From a virus (lineage: Duplodnaviria > Caudoviricetes): a stretch of DNA of 44,442 nt. The DNA lies in the IMG/VR virus record IMGVR_UViG_3300044274_000297, positions 1 through 44,442 of that record. One strand, 5' to 3'. Under the pieces are notes generated by a model. It had not been told where the DNA came from. It saw nothing but the letters and a program-made list of their open reading frames with translations, and did no database searches. A program made the position numbers and the translations under genes. Below, piece after piece: positions 17,860-27,621 of the stretch (the first letter of the stretch is position 1; each line of letters opens with the position of its first letter).

Positions 17860-18705
17860 TCAAGAGTGATAGACCTTGGCCCAGGACTTCATGTCCTTGT
17901 AGAGGCCGGCCTTGATGTCGGCCTCAGCCTGCCGCTTTGCCTCCGGGGGCAGTTTGGCGACGAGCGGGTCTTCCTTGGTGCGACCGCCGGGGAGTGCTCC
18001 CCCACCGTCTACGGGCGCATGGCCATTCGCGCCCCGTTGCGTCCCGAACTTCTCGGGGAATTTCTTGCGTACCTCTGAGGCCGTCCGACGCAGATTGTCC
18101 TCAAGGGAAATCTTGGGGTCGTCCTTGGCCATCTTCTGCGAAACCCGGTCGGCATAGGCCGCCATGATCTCGTCGTCGTCGTACCAGGTGTTATCGGCGC
18201 GCCATGTATCGACGGTCTTGGTGTAGACCGCTACGGCGTCCTCGCCTTCTTCCTTGGTCGGGTCTTGCTCGGACAAGGCGTCGAATTTCTTTTCGAGCTT
18301 GTCATAGGTGGCAGCATCGCCCTTGGCCGCTGCGGTGCGCATCTGCGCCTTCACGTCGGCCAGTTCGCGTTTGTGCTCTTCCTGAAGGCGCTTGACGGTC
18401 TTCTGCGTCATCTTTTCGAGACGTTCGAACCGCTCCACGTATTCCTTTTTTTCCTTGTCCAGACGGCTTCGCAAAATCGGGATAACCGTCTCGCCACGCT
18501 CAACAAACTCCTTGGCGTCGTAGAACTTGGCGGGCTTCTTGTCGCCCTTCCATTCTTCCTCTGGCACCCAGCCCATTTCGCGGGCTTCGGTCTCATAGTC
18601 CCGATCATCGACGGTGTTTTCCGCCTCCTGAGACAAAACAGCCGCCTCAGCGGGCGGCATTACAACTTCCTCGGTGGCGAGAGATTCGCCATTGTTCTCA
18701 GACAT
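17860..18705 (-). CDS. Scaffolding protein
   Basis: AREMGWVP.EEWKG, coiled coil, W...N.WY; position before capsid. Confidence 0.75.
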   Translation of the reverse strand: MSENNGESLATEEVVMPPAEAAVLSQEAENTVDDRDYETEAREMGWVPEEEWKGDKKPAKFYDAKEFVERGETVIPILRSRLDKEKKEYVERFERLEKMTQKTVKRLQEEHKRELADVKAQMRTAAAKGDAATYDKLEKKFDALSEQDPTKEEGEDAVAVYTKTVDTWRADNTWYDDDEIMAAYADRVSQKMAKDDPKISLEDNLRRTASEVRKKFPEKFGTQRGANGHAPVDGGGALPGGRTKEDPLVAKLPPEAKRQAEADIKAGLYKDMKSWAKVYHS

Positions 18706-18707
18706 GG

Positions 18708-19040
18708 TTATTCCTCAATGGTTGCAGTCAGATCCTTGTCGTTGACGAGCAGGTATTCCTTCCCGTCCTTTCCTTTCACCCGCACGCCGGCATATTTGGC
18801 GTGCAGGACGCGATCACCGGGCTTCGGGGGTTTGGCATTGGCCGCTTCCCATTCCGCCGCTGTGGCGTATGTGAACGCCAGCGGGGATGCCGCAATGATT
18901 GTTCCCTCGACCTGAGCGTACTTTTCGCTGTCTTTGGTCATGTCGGGAATGATGATGCCGCCAGCTGTCTTTTCCTCAACGGCCTTAGGCTCGACCAGCA
19001 CCCGATATTCTGTCGGATGGATTCCAGTCTTATTGTCCAT
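18708..19040 (-). CDS. groES: Phage co-chaperonin GroES-like
   Basis: P...RVLV...EEKTAGGIIIPD and GDRVL..KYAG..VK..DGKEYL.VNDKD. Confidence 0.9.
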   Translation of the reverse strand: MDNKTGIHPTEYRVLVEPKAVEEKTAGGIIIPDMTKDSEKYAQVEGTIIAASPLAFTYATAAEWEAANAKPPKPGDRVLHAKYAGVRVKGKDGKEYLLVNDKDLTATIEE

Positions 19041-19531
19041 TATGCGGCTTTCTCTCTGCTCAAATGCGGCCATGCTTGGCCCTTCTTAATGCGAGAGGCG
19101 ACGGCATAGTTTATCCCATGCAAAAGCGCTGCCTTCCGCACACTCATGCGTTCCGCATCTGACAAGAACGCAATAACTTGACGCTCGATATATTTCGAAT
19201 TCACATGACGCTCGCCACGGTCGTGTGTGCCGTGCACGAGCTTGTCGGCGTTGTTCTCTGAACGGGTAGCCCAGCGAATATGGGCAGGGTTGCAGCAGGC
19301 GCGGTTCCCGCATTTGTGCGCAGCATCCATGCCGTCCGTGGCGGGGCCGTTCACTTGCTCAGAAACCACTCGGTGGACTTGGCGAACCTTGCCTTTGTGC
19401 CACATATACCCATAGCCGTTCTGGCCTATAGCAAACGGCCATTGCAGACATTCGTCGGACTGATGCGGCAAGATGACGTCGCGCAGGAACGCGCTCGTTT
19501 TACCCCACTTCCGCCCCGTCTGGTTCGTCAT
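19040..19531 (-). CDS. HNH homing endonuclease
   Basis: CLQWP..GYG..HR..AAHKCGNRACCNP.HIRWAT..EN. Confidence 0.85.
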   Translation of the reverse strand: MTNQTGRKWGKTSAFLRDVILPHQSDECLQWPFAIGQNGYGYMWHKGKVRQVHRVVSEQVNGPATDGMDAAHKCGNRACCNPAHIRWATRSENNADKLVHGTHDRGERHVNSKYIERQVIAFLSDAERMSVRKAALLHGINYAVASRIKKGQAWPHLSREKAA

Positions 19532-19760
19532 TGATTTCCTCGAATGTTAGCTTGGTCACAAAGTCTATGCCGGCCACCGAACCGCGATCATATGCGGCTC
19601 TGCCCTGCAAATCGGCCCACTCCTGAGCCGTAAGCCCCGTCGCGCCGTAAAGCGTGTCGCGAAGGGTGTCTTCGATACGTCTGGCACGTTCATTGGCCCG
19701 CTTAAGCACCCATTGGGTTGCGGGGCTGTCCTTCCATGCCTGGAATTCCTCCGGGTCCAT
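19500..19760 (-). CDS. Hypothetical protein after portal
   Basis: EEF.AWK..P.TQ start typical of post-portal small genes. Confidence 0.65.
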   Translation of the reverse strand: MDPEEFQAWKDSPATQWVLKRANERARRIEDTLRDTLYGATGLTAQEWADLQGRAAYDRGSVAGIDFVTKLTFEEINDEPDGAEVG

Positions 19761-21705
19761 TGCTCACCTGCTGTTGCATCCGCTCCTCGGCGCTGATCTC
19801 TTGCGACAGGGCATTGAGGAACAGACTGTAGAAATCGAGTTGCTGGCCTGCCTCTGCGGCTTCCGCCTCGGCAACTGCCTTGAGCGCCTTGGCCATCCGT
19901 TCGGTGATCTCGGCCTCCTTGCCCTTCAATTCGAGATGGGCCATTGCCTCGGCAAAGGCCTGCATCATCGGGTCGGGCGGCTCGGGCTGAACAATCAACC
20001 CGTCGATGTCATCGACCTGCGCGGCGTGATACAGCCTGCGCAGCGCTTCTTCCTGATTGACCAGCGGGTTACCCTGCGCGGTCTGCCAGATGAACTCTGC
20101 CTTGGCCATTTCCTGCATGCGGGTGGCGACCTGCGGGTCACTTACCGGCAGAATGTCCATGTCGCTGTCGTCGTAATCGACACGCGGGTCGTGCATTTCC
20201 TGATCGTCAAACAGCGCGTTGTATTTCTCGGGATCGAGATAATCGCGATTCAGACGCGCCAGAATGCCAAGCTCAGTCTTGAGAGCGCGATGCACGCGCT
20301 TGTAGATCGAAGTATAGACCTGCAAGCCCTGCTCGATCAGCGCCAGCGTTCCGGTCGCGGTTTCGTTGGGACGGTTTTCGCCGGTCAGTACGTCCTTGAT
20401 CGACGCGATGTCCTTGCCGGTTTCGATCAGCAGGCCGAGCAGGTTGAACAGCGTGACGTTCGGCCCATCGTATTTGATCGGCATGACCGCCTGAGCGATG
20501 GCGCCGGCGGTATTGACCACCTTCCACTCACCAGGCTCAATGCGAATGGACTTTTCCTTGATGCCCAGCGATGACGAAACCAACCCGCCCTGAATATTGG
20601 ACAGGTGCCCCGCGTCGAGCATCTGGTTGAGCGTGGTGTTGATCGATTCCGTAATGTCCTTGAGCAGCCAGCCGAAGCCCCAGCCATAAAAGCCCCCGTC
20701 AGGGCTGGGAAGGAACTGGTAGCGCACATAGTACTCATGGCGGCGAATGGAGGCAACGCGGGAGCCGTCTGCGCTCATGCGCACCGTTTCCGGGGTGTAG
20801 TTCGCCACGATGCGGCAGACCTTGCCAGACGCCCTGTGAACCGTCACCACATAGGGCTCGGGGTATCCGTCCTCGTCCAGATCGAGCAAGCGGTGCTGTT
20901 CGAGGAACAAGTGCGGCGCGCTTTCGTTGTCGTCGCCGCTTTCCACGTCATTGTCGTCTTCGTCAACGCCGGTGCCGGACGCTGCATAATCGAACTCGAT
21001 AAACCGGCCGTCACGGATGCGCTCGGCAATCTCGTATGGGTAGAGGTAAATCCGCTCGGTGATGCGCGGCACGTCCTCAAGCGAGCGGGCGCGATAGTTG
21101 ACCACCAGTCGGTCGGCGGTGATCATCCGCGACACGTTCCGGCCCAGAGAGGGATCGTGATAGACCTTGCGAAAGATCGATCCGACGATCGGCAGGATAA
21201 CCAGCATGCGGTCGGTGTCTTCCTCCCACTCGGTCATTTCAGCCATGAGCTGATACGACAGATGCTCGGAAACCCGATCAGATCGGGCCGCCTTCTTGCC
21301 GTCCGGGTCTTTGCCCCAGGTCTTGCACTTCGCCACCCGGCTTCCCGGGGCAATGGCGGGATAGGCGCGGGCGTTGAACTGGAGCGCTGCGTTGGTCAGC
21401 AGCGGGTATTTGACGTTCGACGCCTTGGCGAAGGGGTAGTTCTTTTCCTTCGCAACGAGCATGGCCAGATCCATGGCCTCCTCGATGCGTTCCTCCCAGT
21501 CGTGGCGGGATTCGACGTCAATCTCGTATTCCTGGGTGACCTTGTTGGAAATCTTGCCCAACTCGTCTTCAGTCAGCACCTCAACGATATTGGGAGCCCT
21601 GAGCAGGGCCAGGAGCTGATCGAGGGCACTGACCTGCGGGGCCTGCGCTTCCTCTAGCGGCTCCTGCGCGTAAAGCTCAGGGTCTGGGCTCATAATCTCG
21701 GACAT
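19702..21705 (-). CDS. Portal protein
   Basis: 667 aa after terL; K..PF..ASNVKYPLL, LDLDEDGY.EPY, NQMLDAG.LSN. Confidence 0.9.
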   Translation of the reverse strand: MSEIMSPDPELYAQEPLEEAQAPQVSALDQLLALLRAPNIVEVLTEDELGKISNKVTQEYEIDVESRHDWEERIEEAMDLAMLVAKEKNYPFAKASNVKYPLLTNAALQFNARAYPAIAPGSRVAKCKTWGKDPDGKKAARSDRVSEHLSYQLMAEMTEWEEDTDRMLVILPIVGSIFRKVYHDPSLGRNVSRMITADRLVVNYRARSLEDVPRITERIYLYPYEIAERIRDGRFIEFDYAASGTGVDEDDNDVESGDDNESAPHLFLEQHRLLDLDEDGYPEPYVVTVHRASGKVCRIVANYTPETVRMSADGSRVASIRRHEYYVRYQFLPSPDGGFYGWGFGWLLKDITESINTTLNQMLDAGHLSNIQGGLVSSSLGIKEKSIRIEPGEWKVVNTAGAIAQAVMPIKYDGPNVTLFNLLGLLIETGKDIASIKDVLTGENRPNETATGTLALIEQGLQVYTSIYKRVHRALKTELGILARLNRDYLDPEKYNALFDDQEMHDPRVDYDDSDMDILPVSDPQVATRMQEMAKAEFIWQTAQGNPLVNQEEALRRLYHAAQVDDIDGLIVQPEPPDPMMQAFAEAMAHLELKGKEAEITERMAKALKAVAEAEAAEAGQQLDFYSLFLNALSQEISAEERMQQQVSNGPGGIPGMEGQPRNPMGA

Positions 21706-23129
21706 CAGTACCCCGTTGTCGCGCTGCGGTCGCTCTGGGCGCCGTAATAGTCTTCATCGTCCTGCATGGGCTCGGTCATGGCGCAGCGGAGCATCATCAG
21801 GGCGTAGCGGCTGGCGCTGATCGTATCGTCGCGCTCTTTCACAACCTTGCCGTCCTTGCGGTGATACATGCGCCGCTCCTCAAGCCATTCCACACAGGTG
21901 TTGAACACCTTGAAGCGTCCGGTCTGCATCCGATCGAGCATTTCCATCAGCCCGGCCTCAACCGAGTTCGACCCATCAGAGAAGGTCGCGCGCTCGGAAA
22001 GCATCATCAGGCCCTGTTCGCGGTATTGCGTGGCGAGGTTCTTGCCCGCCGCCGTATCGTTGTTGCCATCATGCGGCCATGCCCAAGGAAGCCAAGGCCC
22101 CCAAGGCTTGATCGCAGCGGCATGAAACACCGGCGTTGCTTCGCGCTTGCGATAGTTCCGGGTCAGATAGACAATGTCGCTGTCACGATCCCATGCAAGG
22201 CTGACCGCTGCTGTCGGGTGATCCCATCCAAAGTCCAGCCCGCCGATCTGAGGCCAAAAGCTGGGGATCTGGAACGGTTCGCAAACAATGTCTTCCTCAA
22301 GAACAGGGAAGATCAGACCAGAGCCAAGCGTCGGAATGCCTCGTGTCCGAGCCTCACGTTCATGCGCCGGATAGCTGGCGATGATCTTGGCGCGCTCCTC
22401 TGGCGTGAAATGCTCCGCGTCCTCAATGGTCATCGTGACCACGGCGCGGTCGTCGCTTTCCTCCAGCAGATACCGGGCCACAACCGAAGACATGCCCTTG
22501 AGCGGTGTAAACGTCACCATGACGAACCCGCCCGTTGCGTTTGTTCTGGTGATGCCCTCGAAATAAACGTCCTCGGGCGGCTCCTCATCGAACCACACGC
22601 CATGAACCGTGTTGGCCTGCCATTTGGACCGGCCCTGGTCATAGCTTTTGAGGTAAAGCGTTCCGAAGCTGCCAACGCAGCGCTTCACGGTAATGCTGTC
22701 CAATGCGTTCGGAACACCCATGCGGCGGGTGCGGTCGATGATCGAGGCCTTGGGGATGAACCCGGTTCCCCAATCATCCTCCCGATCCGGCGGCCCCATC
22801 AAAAGGCGCTGCACACCGTCGCGGGTCAGCTCTGCCGATTCCGACCCGGCAATAAACACCACGTCGCCGTCGAGCCTACGGCCGTCCCACCAATCTGGAT
22901 AATCACCAGTGAGGTGCATCGCGACCTCGGCGGCGCCGGCCATCGTCTTGCCGAGCTGGTTGCCCGCCTTGAACAGTCTTTCGCGGACCAGAGCGCCGAG
23001 CGCATGAAACTCGCGCTGCTTGGCGTAGGGCTTGTAAAACCTCAGCCTGTTAGTGCGTTGTCGCCGGGCTATCTCCTGCGCCAGTGTCAGCCTCTCCTTG
23101 AGCAGCAAGGAAAGGTCTGATTGCGGCAT
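21705..23129 (-). CDS. terL: Terminase large subunit
   Basis: Walker A AGNQLGKT, Walker B VWFDEE, TFTP, LDFGW.HP and DD..SA.RYA nuclease motifs. Confidence 0.95.
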   Translation of the reverse strand: MPQSDLSLLLKERLTLAQEIARRQRTNRLRFYKPYAKQREFHALGALVRERLFKAGNQLGKTMAGAAEVAMHLTGDYPDWWDGRRLDGDVVFIAGSESAELTRDGVQRLLMGPPDREDDWGTGFIPKASIIDRTRRMGVPNALDSITVKRCVGSFGTLYLKSYDQGRSKWQANTVHGVWFDEEPPEDVYFEGITRTNATGGFVMVTFTPLKGMSSVVARYLLEESDDRAVVTMTIEDAEHFTPEERAKIIASYPAHEREARTRGIPTLGSGLIFPVLEEDIVCEPFQIPSFWPQIGGLDFGWDHPTAAVSLAWDRDSDIVYLTRNYRKREATPVFHAAAIKPWGPWLPWAWPHDGNNDTAAGKNLATQYREQGLMMLSERATFSDGSNSVEAGLMEMLDRMQTGRFKVFNTCVEWLEERRMYHRKDGKVVKERDDTISASRYALMMLRCAMTEPMQDDEDYYGAQSDRSATTGY

Positions 23130-23439
23130 CGATGGAGCGGACCCGCTCGATAAGTTCGTCATCGCTCAAGTTGTCCATATCGTTGACATTGACATTGAGC
23201 TCCTTGGGCAGGATCGATGCGATCACCTTGAGGTACTGGTCCGGCTTGTCTTTGCGGACAGCCTGGATTGCCTTGACGCCATGCGCGTTGAAATCGTTAT
23301 GGAGCGCTTCTAGGAACGCTTCGCCCAGCTTGTTTCTCGAGCCTTTCGGGCGACCAGGATTGCCGGGCTTGAATTGATGTTCGACTGGAGGCGTGGGCTT
23401 CCGCGTTTTCTCCCCGTTCTTTCGGGATGCATCAGACAT
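23050..23439 (-). CDS. terS: Terminase small subunit
   Basis: FKPGNPGRPKGSRNK; immediately upstream of terL. Confidence 0.85.
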   Translation of the reverse strand: MSDASRKNGEKTRKPTPPVEHQFKPGNPGRPKGSRNKLGEAFLEALHNDFNAHGVKAIQAVRKDKPDQYLKVIASILPKELNVNVNDMDNLSDDELIERVRSIDAAIRPFLAAQGEADTGAGDSPATTH

Positions 23440-23511
23440 TGTCTCCCGACCTCCTAATGAAGGTTGAGGGTTCTGTATCGAGGTCGTGGCGCATTGGAGG
23501 GCTCCACATAG

Positions 23512-23577
23512 AAAAGCCCGCTGGCGTGATACCGGCGGGCGGAATGCAAAAAGCCCGCGCGGCGAACCGGGCGGGCT
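23512..23577 (-). terminator. Two tandem terminator-like hairpins upstream of terS
   Basis: GCCCG-stem hairpins at 23512-23540 and 23548-23577, each with a T-run on the minus strand. Confidence 0.6.
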
Positions 23578-23653
23578 GATCTCATTTCGGCGGCGGCGCT
23601 TTGGCGCACCTCGCCACCTTCATTTGCTATCCTCAAGTGATTTGGTCCGTTCG

Positions 23654-24280
23654 TCAAGCCGCCTTCTTGCTTCCCATGGGGATAATTCGGTAGTGCCTGC
23701 CGAGCGCGTTCAGCACTTCCCGCAGGTCGCCGACCAAGTGGGGCATATCCCTGTCCTGCTCAACGATGATGTTCAGGGCGGCCCACAGGTTGCTCTTGAG
23801 GCCAAGGGCGGCTTGGGCCGCATGGACAGCATCACGCGCCTTCCGGTGGCGCTCCATGACCTCAAGGTCGCGCTCTGGGCTTTCTGCGTTGGTTCTGCCC
23901 GGCGTGCGGGATGGGTCGAAGGCCCGCGCATCTGCCGGAGCTGCAATAGCCGCGACATACTGGGCGCGTTCCTCAAGCCATGCAACGGCGGCGGCCATTT
24001 GCTTCTTGCTGATCCCGCCATGCTTTTCGCCCATGAGTGATAGACGCCCGACCGCTGATCCTGCATACTGGTCGAGCGCATCGGTTGCCTTGACGCCGTG
24101 AAGCCTGATGCGGGTTTCGAGCGCTGGCGCCAGTGTTTCGCGCTCGGTCTGCTCATACTGCTTTTGGACCAGAACCCGTTCGATCCTCTTGGCATCGTCC
24201 GACCGAGACAACCGCCCGCTCGAAAGCCTGGGAACGCCCTTTGCCTTACGATTGTGTGCCGGTTTTTTATGCTTGCCCAT
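23654..24280 (-). CDS. Late transcription regulator candidate (Q position)
   Basis: Last early gene before packaging; GRL...G.IS..Q and DLR..LNAL.RHY pattern. Confidence 0.55.
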   Translation of the reverse strand: MGKHKKPAHNRKAKGVPRLSSGRLSRSDDAKRIERVLVQKQYEQTERETLAPALETRIRLHGVKATDALDQYAGSAVGRLSLMGEKHGGISKKQMAAAVAWLEERAQYVAAIAAPADARAFDPSRTPGRTNAESPERDLEVMERHRKARDAVHAAQAALGLKSNLWAALNIIVEQDRDMPHLVGDLREVLNALGRHYRIIPMGSKKAA

Positions 24281-24282
24281 GA

Positions 24283-24603
24283 TTACCTGCCCCTACGGTC
24301 GTAAGCGCGTTGCATCTCCATCAAATCTCCGCCAAACTTGGCATGAGCGGCGACAACGTCAGGATGTAGGCCGACCGGTTGTTCAGGTTGACGCGTCCAT
24401 TTCCAGTGGTTTCGGCCATAGACGGCCCACAGGGCGATGTTCATGGGCAAAAGCCCCCACGTCTCGGTCGAGATGATGAACACCAGCCAAAGCGCCTGAT
24501 TGGCAAGGCCCAAGGCCCATGCCCACGGTGTCTTGTTCCCGGCCAGAACCGTCATGTAGATCGTGATGGCCGAAAGCAGCCACGGCAGGTAGTTCGCAAT
24601 CAC
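24283..24603 (-). CDS. Small PnuC-like 3-TM membrane protein
   Basis: L.GNK..WAWALGL.NQ.LW...N...Y.RN..KW. Confidence 0.6.
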   Translation of the reverse strand: MIANYLPWLLSAITIYMTVLAGNKTPWAWALGLANQALWLVFIISTETWGLLPMNIALWAVYGRNHWKWTRQPEQPVGLHPDVVAAHAKFGGDLMEMQRAYDRRGR

Positions 24604-24752
24604 TTCGCATCTCCGTTCATTCTCTCCACAAGGGTTTCCCTGACGGCTTTGAGGGCCTTAAGGCGCTGCTGGGTGCCGTAGGATTGAAACTTCACGCTCT
24701 CGGTTTCCCGGATAAGCTCGTCTATGAAGCCAACCTGCTCTGCGATGCTCAT
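24600..24752 (-). CDS. Hypothetical protein
   Basis: ATGA-coupled small ORF. Confidence 0.5.
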   Translation of the reverse strand: MSIAEQVGFIDELIRETESVKFQSYGTQQRLKALKAVRETLVERMNGDAK

Positions 24753-24958
24753 GCGAGGCTCCACAGCTTGATCCCGTTGCGCATGCACAGGTACAAAACC
24801 TCGATACGGGCAGCGCCCATCTGCTCAGCAATTTCCGAGGCCGAAGCCCGCTTCATGGCCCTGCGCTCGACTTCCCATACATCGGCAAGTGTCCAGCGGC
24901 GGTTGAGATGCCAGTCGGCAGGCTTTACGGCGTTGATAGGAATGCCTGGGAGGGTCAA
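24749..24958 (-). CDS. Small HTH-like protein
   Basis: WT..D.......ASASEIAEQMG helix-turn-helix-like. Confidence 0.5.
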   Translation of the reverse strand: MTLPGIPINAVKPADWHLNRRWTLADVWEVERRAMKRASASEIAEQMGAARIEVLYLCMRNGIKLWSLA

Positions 24959-25551
24959 TGCGCAGACTCCTTGCGTGCCTGCTCGACAACATCGGCAGGG
25001 AATGATTTGAACTGTTGGAACTCTGGAACTGGTGCGCCCATGATGCGCTCACAGGCTTTGAACAGGGTTTCGTCCGCCCATCGGTCCAGCTTCACCGCTT
25101 CGATTTGGGGGTCTTTTGAAAAATCAGAAAAACCCTTTTTTCTATATGGTTCTGGAAGATGCTTAAGCCCGGCTTGTTCCTTTGCTTTAGCATTTGCTTG
25201 GGGCCGATTGTTGTTTTTCAATGCCTTAGCAGCCGCACCCTTTGCCCCGGCGTCACTTCTCGATTGCGATTGACGCTCGCTTTTTCTAAGCTCTTTTGTC
25301 AGCCGATTGTGCCAGATGTGGTCTGCGTCGCCCTCAAAGAAGGGGGTTATTTCGGCGCTGATCGACCGCCATTTTTTGACTGACATGCGAACGATGCGAG
25401 ATAGCTTTTTGTCGTCGGCAGGCAGCTTCCCGCCAGCGTTCCACATAGCCATGAGCAACAGCATGTAGGCCCCGATTTGCTCGGTGCTTAGCTGTAGCGT
25501 GTCCCCGATGAAGTCGGACACGTAGAGCTGCATGAAGGGGCGTTCACTCAT
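24955..25551 (-). CDS. Replication protein, DUF1376/YdaU family
   Basis: PFMQLYVSDF.GDT..LS.EQ.GAY.LLL...W...G.LP.D. Confidence 0.85.
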   Translation of the reverse strand: MSERPFMQLYVSDFIGDTLQLSTEQIGAYMLLLMAMWNAGGKLPADDKKLSRIVRMSVKKWRSISAEITPFFEGDADHIWHNRLTKELRKSERQSQSRSDAGAKGAAAKALKNNNRPQANAKAKEQAGLKHLPEPYRKKGFSDFSKDPQIEAVKLDRWADETLFKACERIMGAPVPEFQQFKSFPADVVEQARKESAH

Positions 25552-26276
25552 GCGGCTCCCCTCCTGCTAAGGCGTCGGGTGAGCTTTCGCATTTCAGCCC
25601 GCGACATGCGGGGAAATCGAACTGTCTCAACGGTTGCGGTCGGGATTCTCGCCTCAACGTCACCCATGATGGCGACAAGCGCGTCCATTTCGGATCTAAT
25701 GGCTGTCAGATCGACATCGGGGCTGCGCAAACGCTCGATCTCTTGAGCCATGGCGTTGAAGGCGTCGATGTATTTCACCTTCCACTCGGTCGCCCTGGCG
25801 CCCGTGAAGCCCATCACGACAAGCGAGAACCCGTCTCGTGTTAGTCGGTATGCTCGGTATTTCCGGCCTTTCGGGTCTTGATAATCAATCGGCGTAAAAT
25901 TGCGCCGATCAAATTCAGGGCCGCATTCGTCGCGAACCCGATCAATGACGCGAAGCACGTCCTTATGAGCCTTGGCGAAATTCTCGGCTATATCGTATGA
26001 AAAGCAGGATGGCTCACCATCCGTCAAATGCACCGGAACAATCTCTCGCTCGGGCTCTAAGGTCTCGATTAGACCATTTGCGGCAATCTCGCGCCTGATC
26101 AGGGCTCGCTCATTGAGGGGGGCGCGCCAATCGCTCGGTGTGGCCGCAACGACATGCAGGTGTTCATAGTCGCGACCATAGCGGATATGGACATGCTTGC
26201 CGCCGGTTTCGACGTTGTAGGGAATGCCGTGGCTATCCAGTTCGGTGCGAACGGCGTCTAGGCAAGGATTGCTCAT
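25548..26276 (-). CDS. Rha-family regulator with N-terminal HicA-like domain
   Basis: Rha: S.DIAE.F.K.HKDVLR, Y.LTRDGF..VVMGFTG..A..WK.KYI.AFN.M; N-terminus GGKH...TPSDWR. Confidence 0.85.
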   Translation of the reverse strand: MSNPCLDAVRTELDSHGIPYNVETGGKHVHIRYGRDYEHLHVVAATPSDWRAPLNERALIRREIAANGLIETLEPEREIVPVHLTDGEPSCFSYDIAENFAKAHKDVLRVIDRVRDECGPEFDRRNFTPIDYQDPKGRKYRAYRLTRDGFSLVVMGFTGARATEWKVKYIDAFNAMAQEIERLRSPDVDLTAIRSEMDALVAIMGDVEARIPTATVETVRFPRMSRAEMRKLTRRLSRRGAA

Positions 26277-26635
26277 TGACCGATCGCCTCCCGCGCCTTG
26301 CGTGCGCCTTCCTGAGCGCGCTTCCATGCCATGAACTGGGCAGACTTCGCTTGCACGGCCAGAACAGGCAGGGCATCATTGGAAACACGCTCAATGCGGC
26401 GCGTATCGACCTTGGCTAGGGGCTTCTTGTCCTTGGCGGGCTTATAGACCCAGTTGGCCCAGTGGATCAGATCCTCGGCCCTGCAGCCGATCTCTACGGC
26501 GATCTGTTCCCATGACCATTTCTGAGCCACGCGCTTCTGAACCAATTTCCAGAATTCATGGCCGTCGGCGCGCAATTCCACATCGCCAGTCCATCTGTTC
26601 CGGCTCTGCTCGTATGATCCTCTTGCTGGGTTCAT
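26273..26635 (-). CDS. Hypothetical DNA-binding protein
   Basis: WSWEQIAVEIGC HTH-like; translationally coupled. Confidence 0.55.
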   Translation of the reverse strand: MNPARGSYEQSRNRWTGDVELRADGHEFWKLVQKRVAQKWSWEQIAVEIGCRAEDLIHWANWVYKPAKDKKPLAKVDTRRIERVSNDALPVLAVQAKSAQFMAWKRAQEGARKAREAIGQ

Positions 26636-27621
26636 GCTGCCGGCTCCGCGAATAGATTGTCTGTCTTGGCACGCTCAAGATCGGCAATGTTGCGCTTGGC
26701 TTGGGCGAAATAGGACGGCTTGAGTTCAAACCCGATGCCCTTGCGGCCCATCTCGACCGCGCAATAGACCTCGCTACCGATACCCATGAATGGCGTCAGG
26801 ACGGTTTCGTTGGGCAGGGACCAAAGATCGATGCACCGCTCGATGACGTCGAGCTGCAGCGGCGAGATATGGACTTCGTCCTTTTCGTCGCGGCCACCTC
26901 GATATTGCAGGGTGCGGGTCTGGTTTATGTCCATCCAGACCGGCGAGGCGTAGCGCTGCCACACAAGGATCGATTTCCACTTGTCATAGGGCCATGGCTC
27001 TTTGCCCTCGGATCGAAACGCCGCTGCCTCGCGCTCGTATGCCTCGCGGCTCACATCGAGCCCGGTGCCGATGTAATGCTGGAATGGCCCCGCTACCGGC
27101 TCTGCGTTCTCACCTGGCTTGCGAAAGCTGACGATGTAGTCAGCAAGCCCCTGCCCGCTGATCGTGCTGTCCTTGACGATCTGCGCATGGAGCAGCCGGA
27201 TTGATTTCGTGCGCTGCTGGGCAACTACCGGGTCTTTCCAAATGCAGACCTCTGAATGGAATATCCACCCGGCATCGAGATAGGCTTGGATGACCTCGCC
27301 GCGGAAATCCCGCATGCCGATGAACCCATCGCGGGTCTTGCTGGTCGGTAACTGCATGCAATGCACGCTGTGAATCCGGCCCGGCTTCGTGACCCGCAAT
27401 AGCTCTTGGATCAGGAATGCGTAGTGGGTCCAGAACCCATCCTTGTCGTTGTTCGATATGTCCCGATCGGAGTTGGAGAACCGATAGAGCCCTTCGAACG
27501 GCGGGGAGTGGATGCCGAAGTCGATGCTGTCGCCGGGAATGGCGCGGATCAGTTCGCAGCTATCCCCCAGGTAGATGGCGTAGCGATCGGTGATGACCTG
27601 ATCGACGGCTTTGATATTCAT
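26632..27621 (-). CDS. N4-C/N6-A DNA methyltransferase (beta class)
   Basis: SPPF catalytic motif before TPFMGIGS SAM motif; own GGAGG RBS before ATG 27621. Confidence 0.9.
   Translation of the reverse strand: MNIKAVDQVITDRYAIYLGDSCELIRAIPGDSIDFGIHSPPFEGLYRFSNSDRDISNNDKDGFWTHYAFLIQELLRVTKPGRIHSVHCMQLPTSKTRDGFIGMRDFRGEVIQAYLDAGWIFHSEVCIWKDPVVAQQRTKSIRLLHAQIVKDSTISGQGLADYIVSFRKPGENAEPVAGPFQHYIGTGLDVSREAYEREAAAFRSEGKEPWPYDKWKSILVWQRYASPVWMDINQTRTLQYRGGRDEKDEVHISPLQLDVIERCIDLWSLPNETVLTPFMGIGSEVYCAVEMGRKGIGFELKPSYFAQAKRNIADLERAKTDNLFAEPAA

Noticed and set aside
15849-23120. Long plus-strand ORFs (587, 306, 350, 419 aa)
   Set aside because: Antisense shadows of capsid, portal and terminase in high-GC DNA; no motifs
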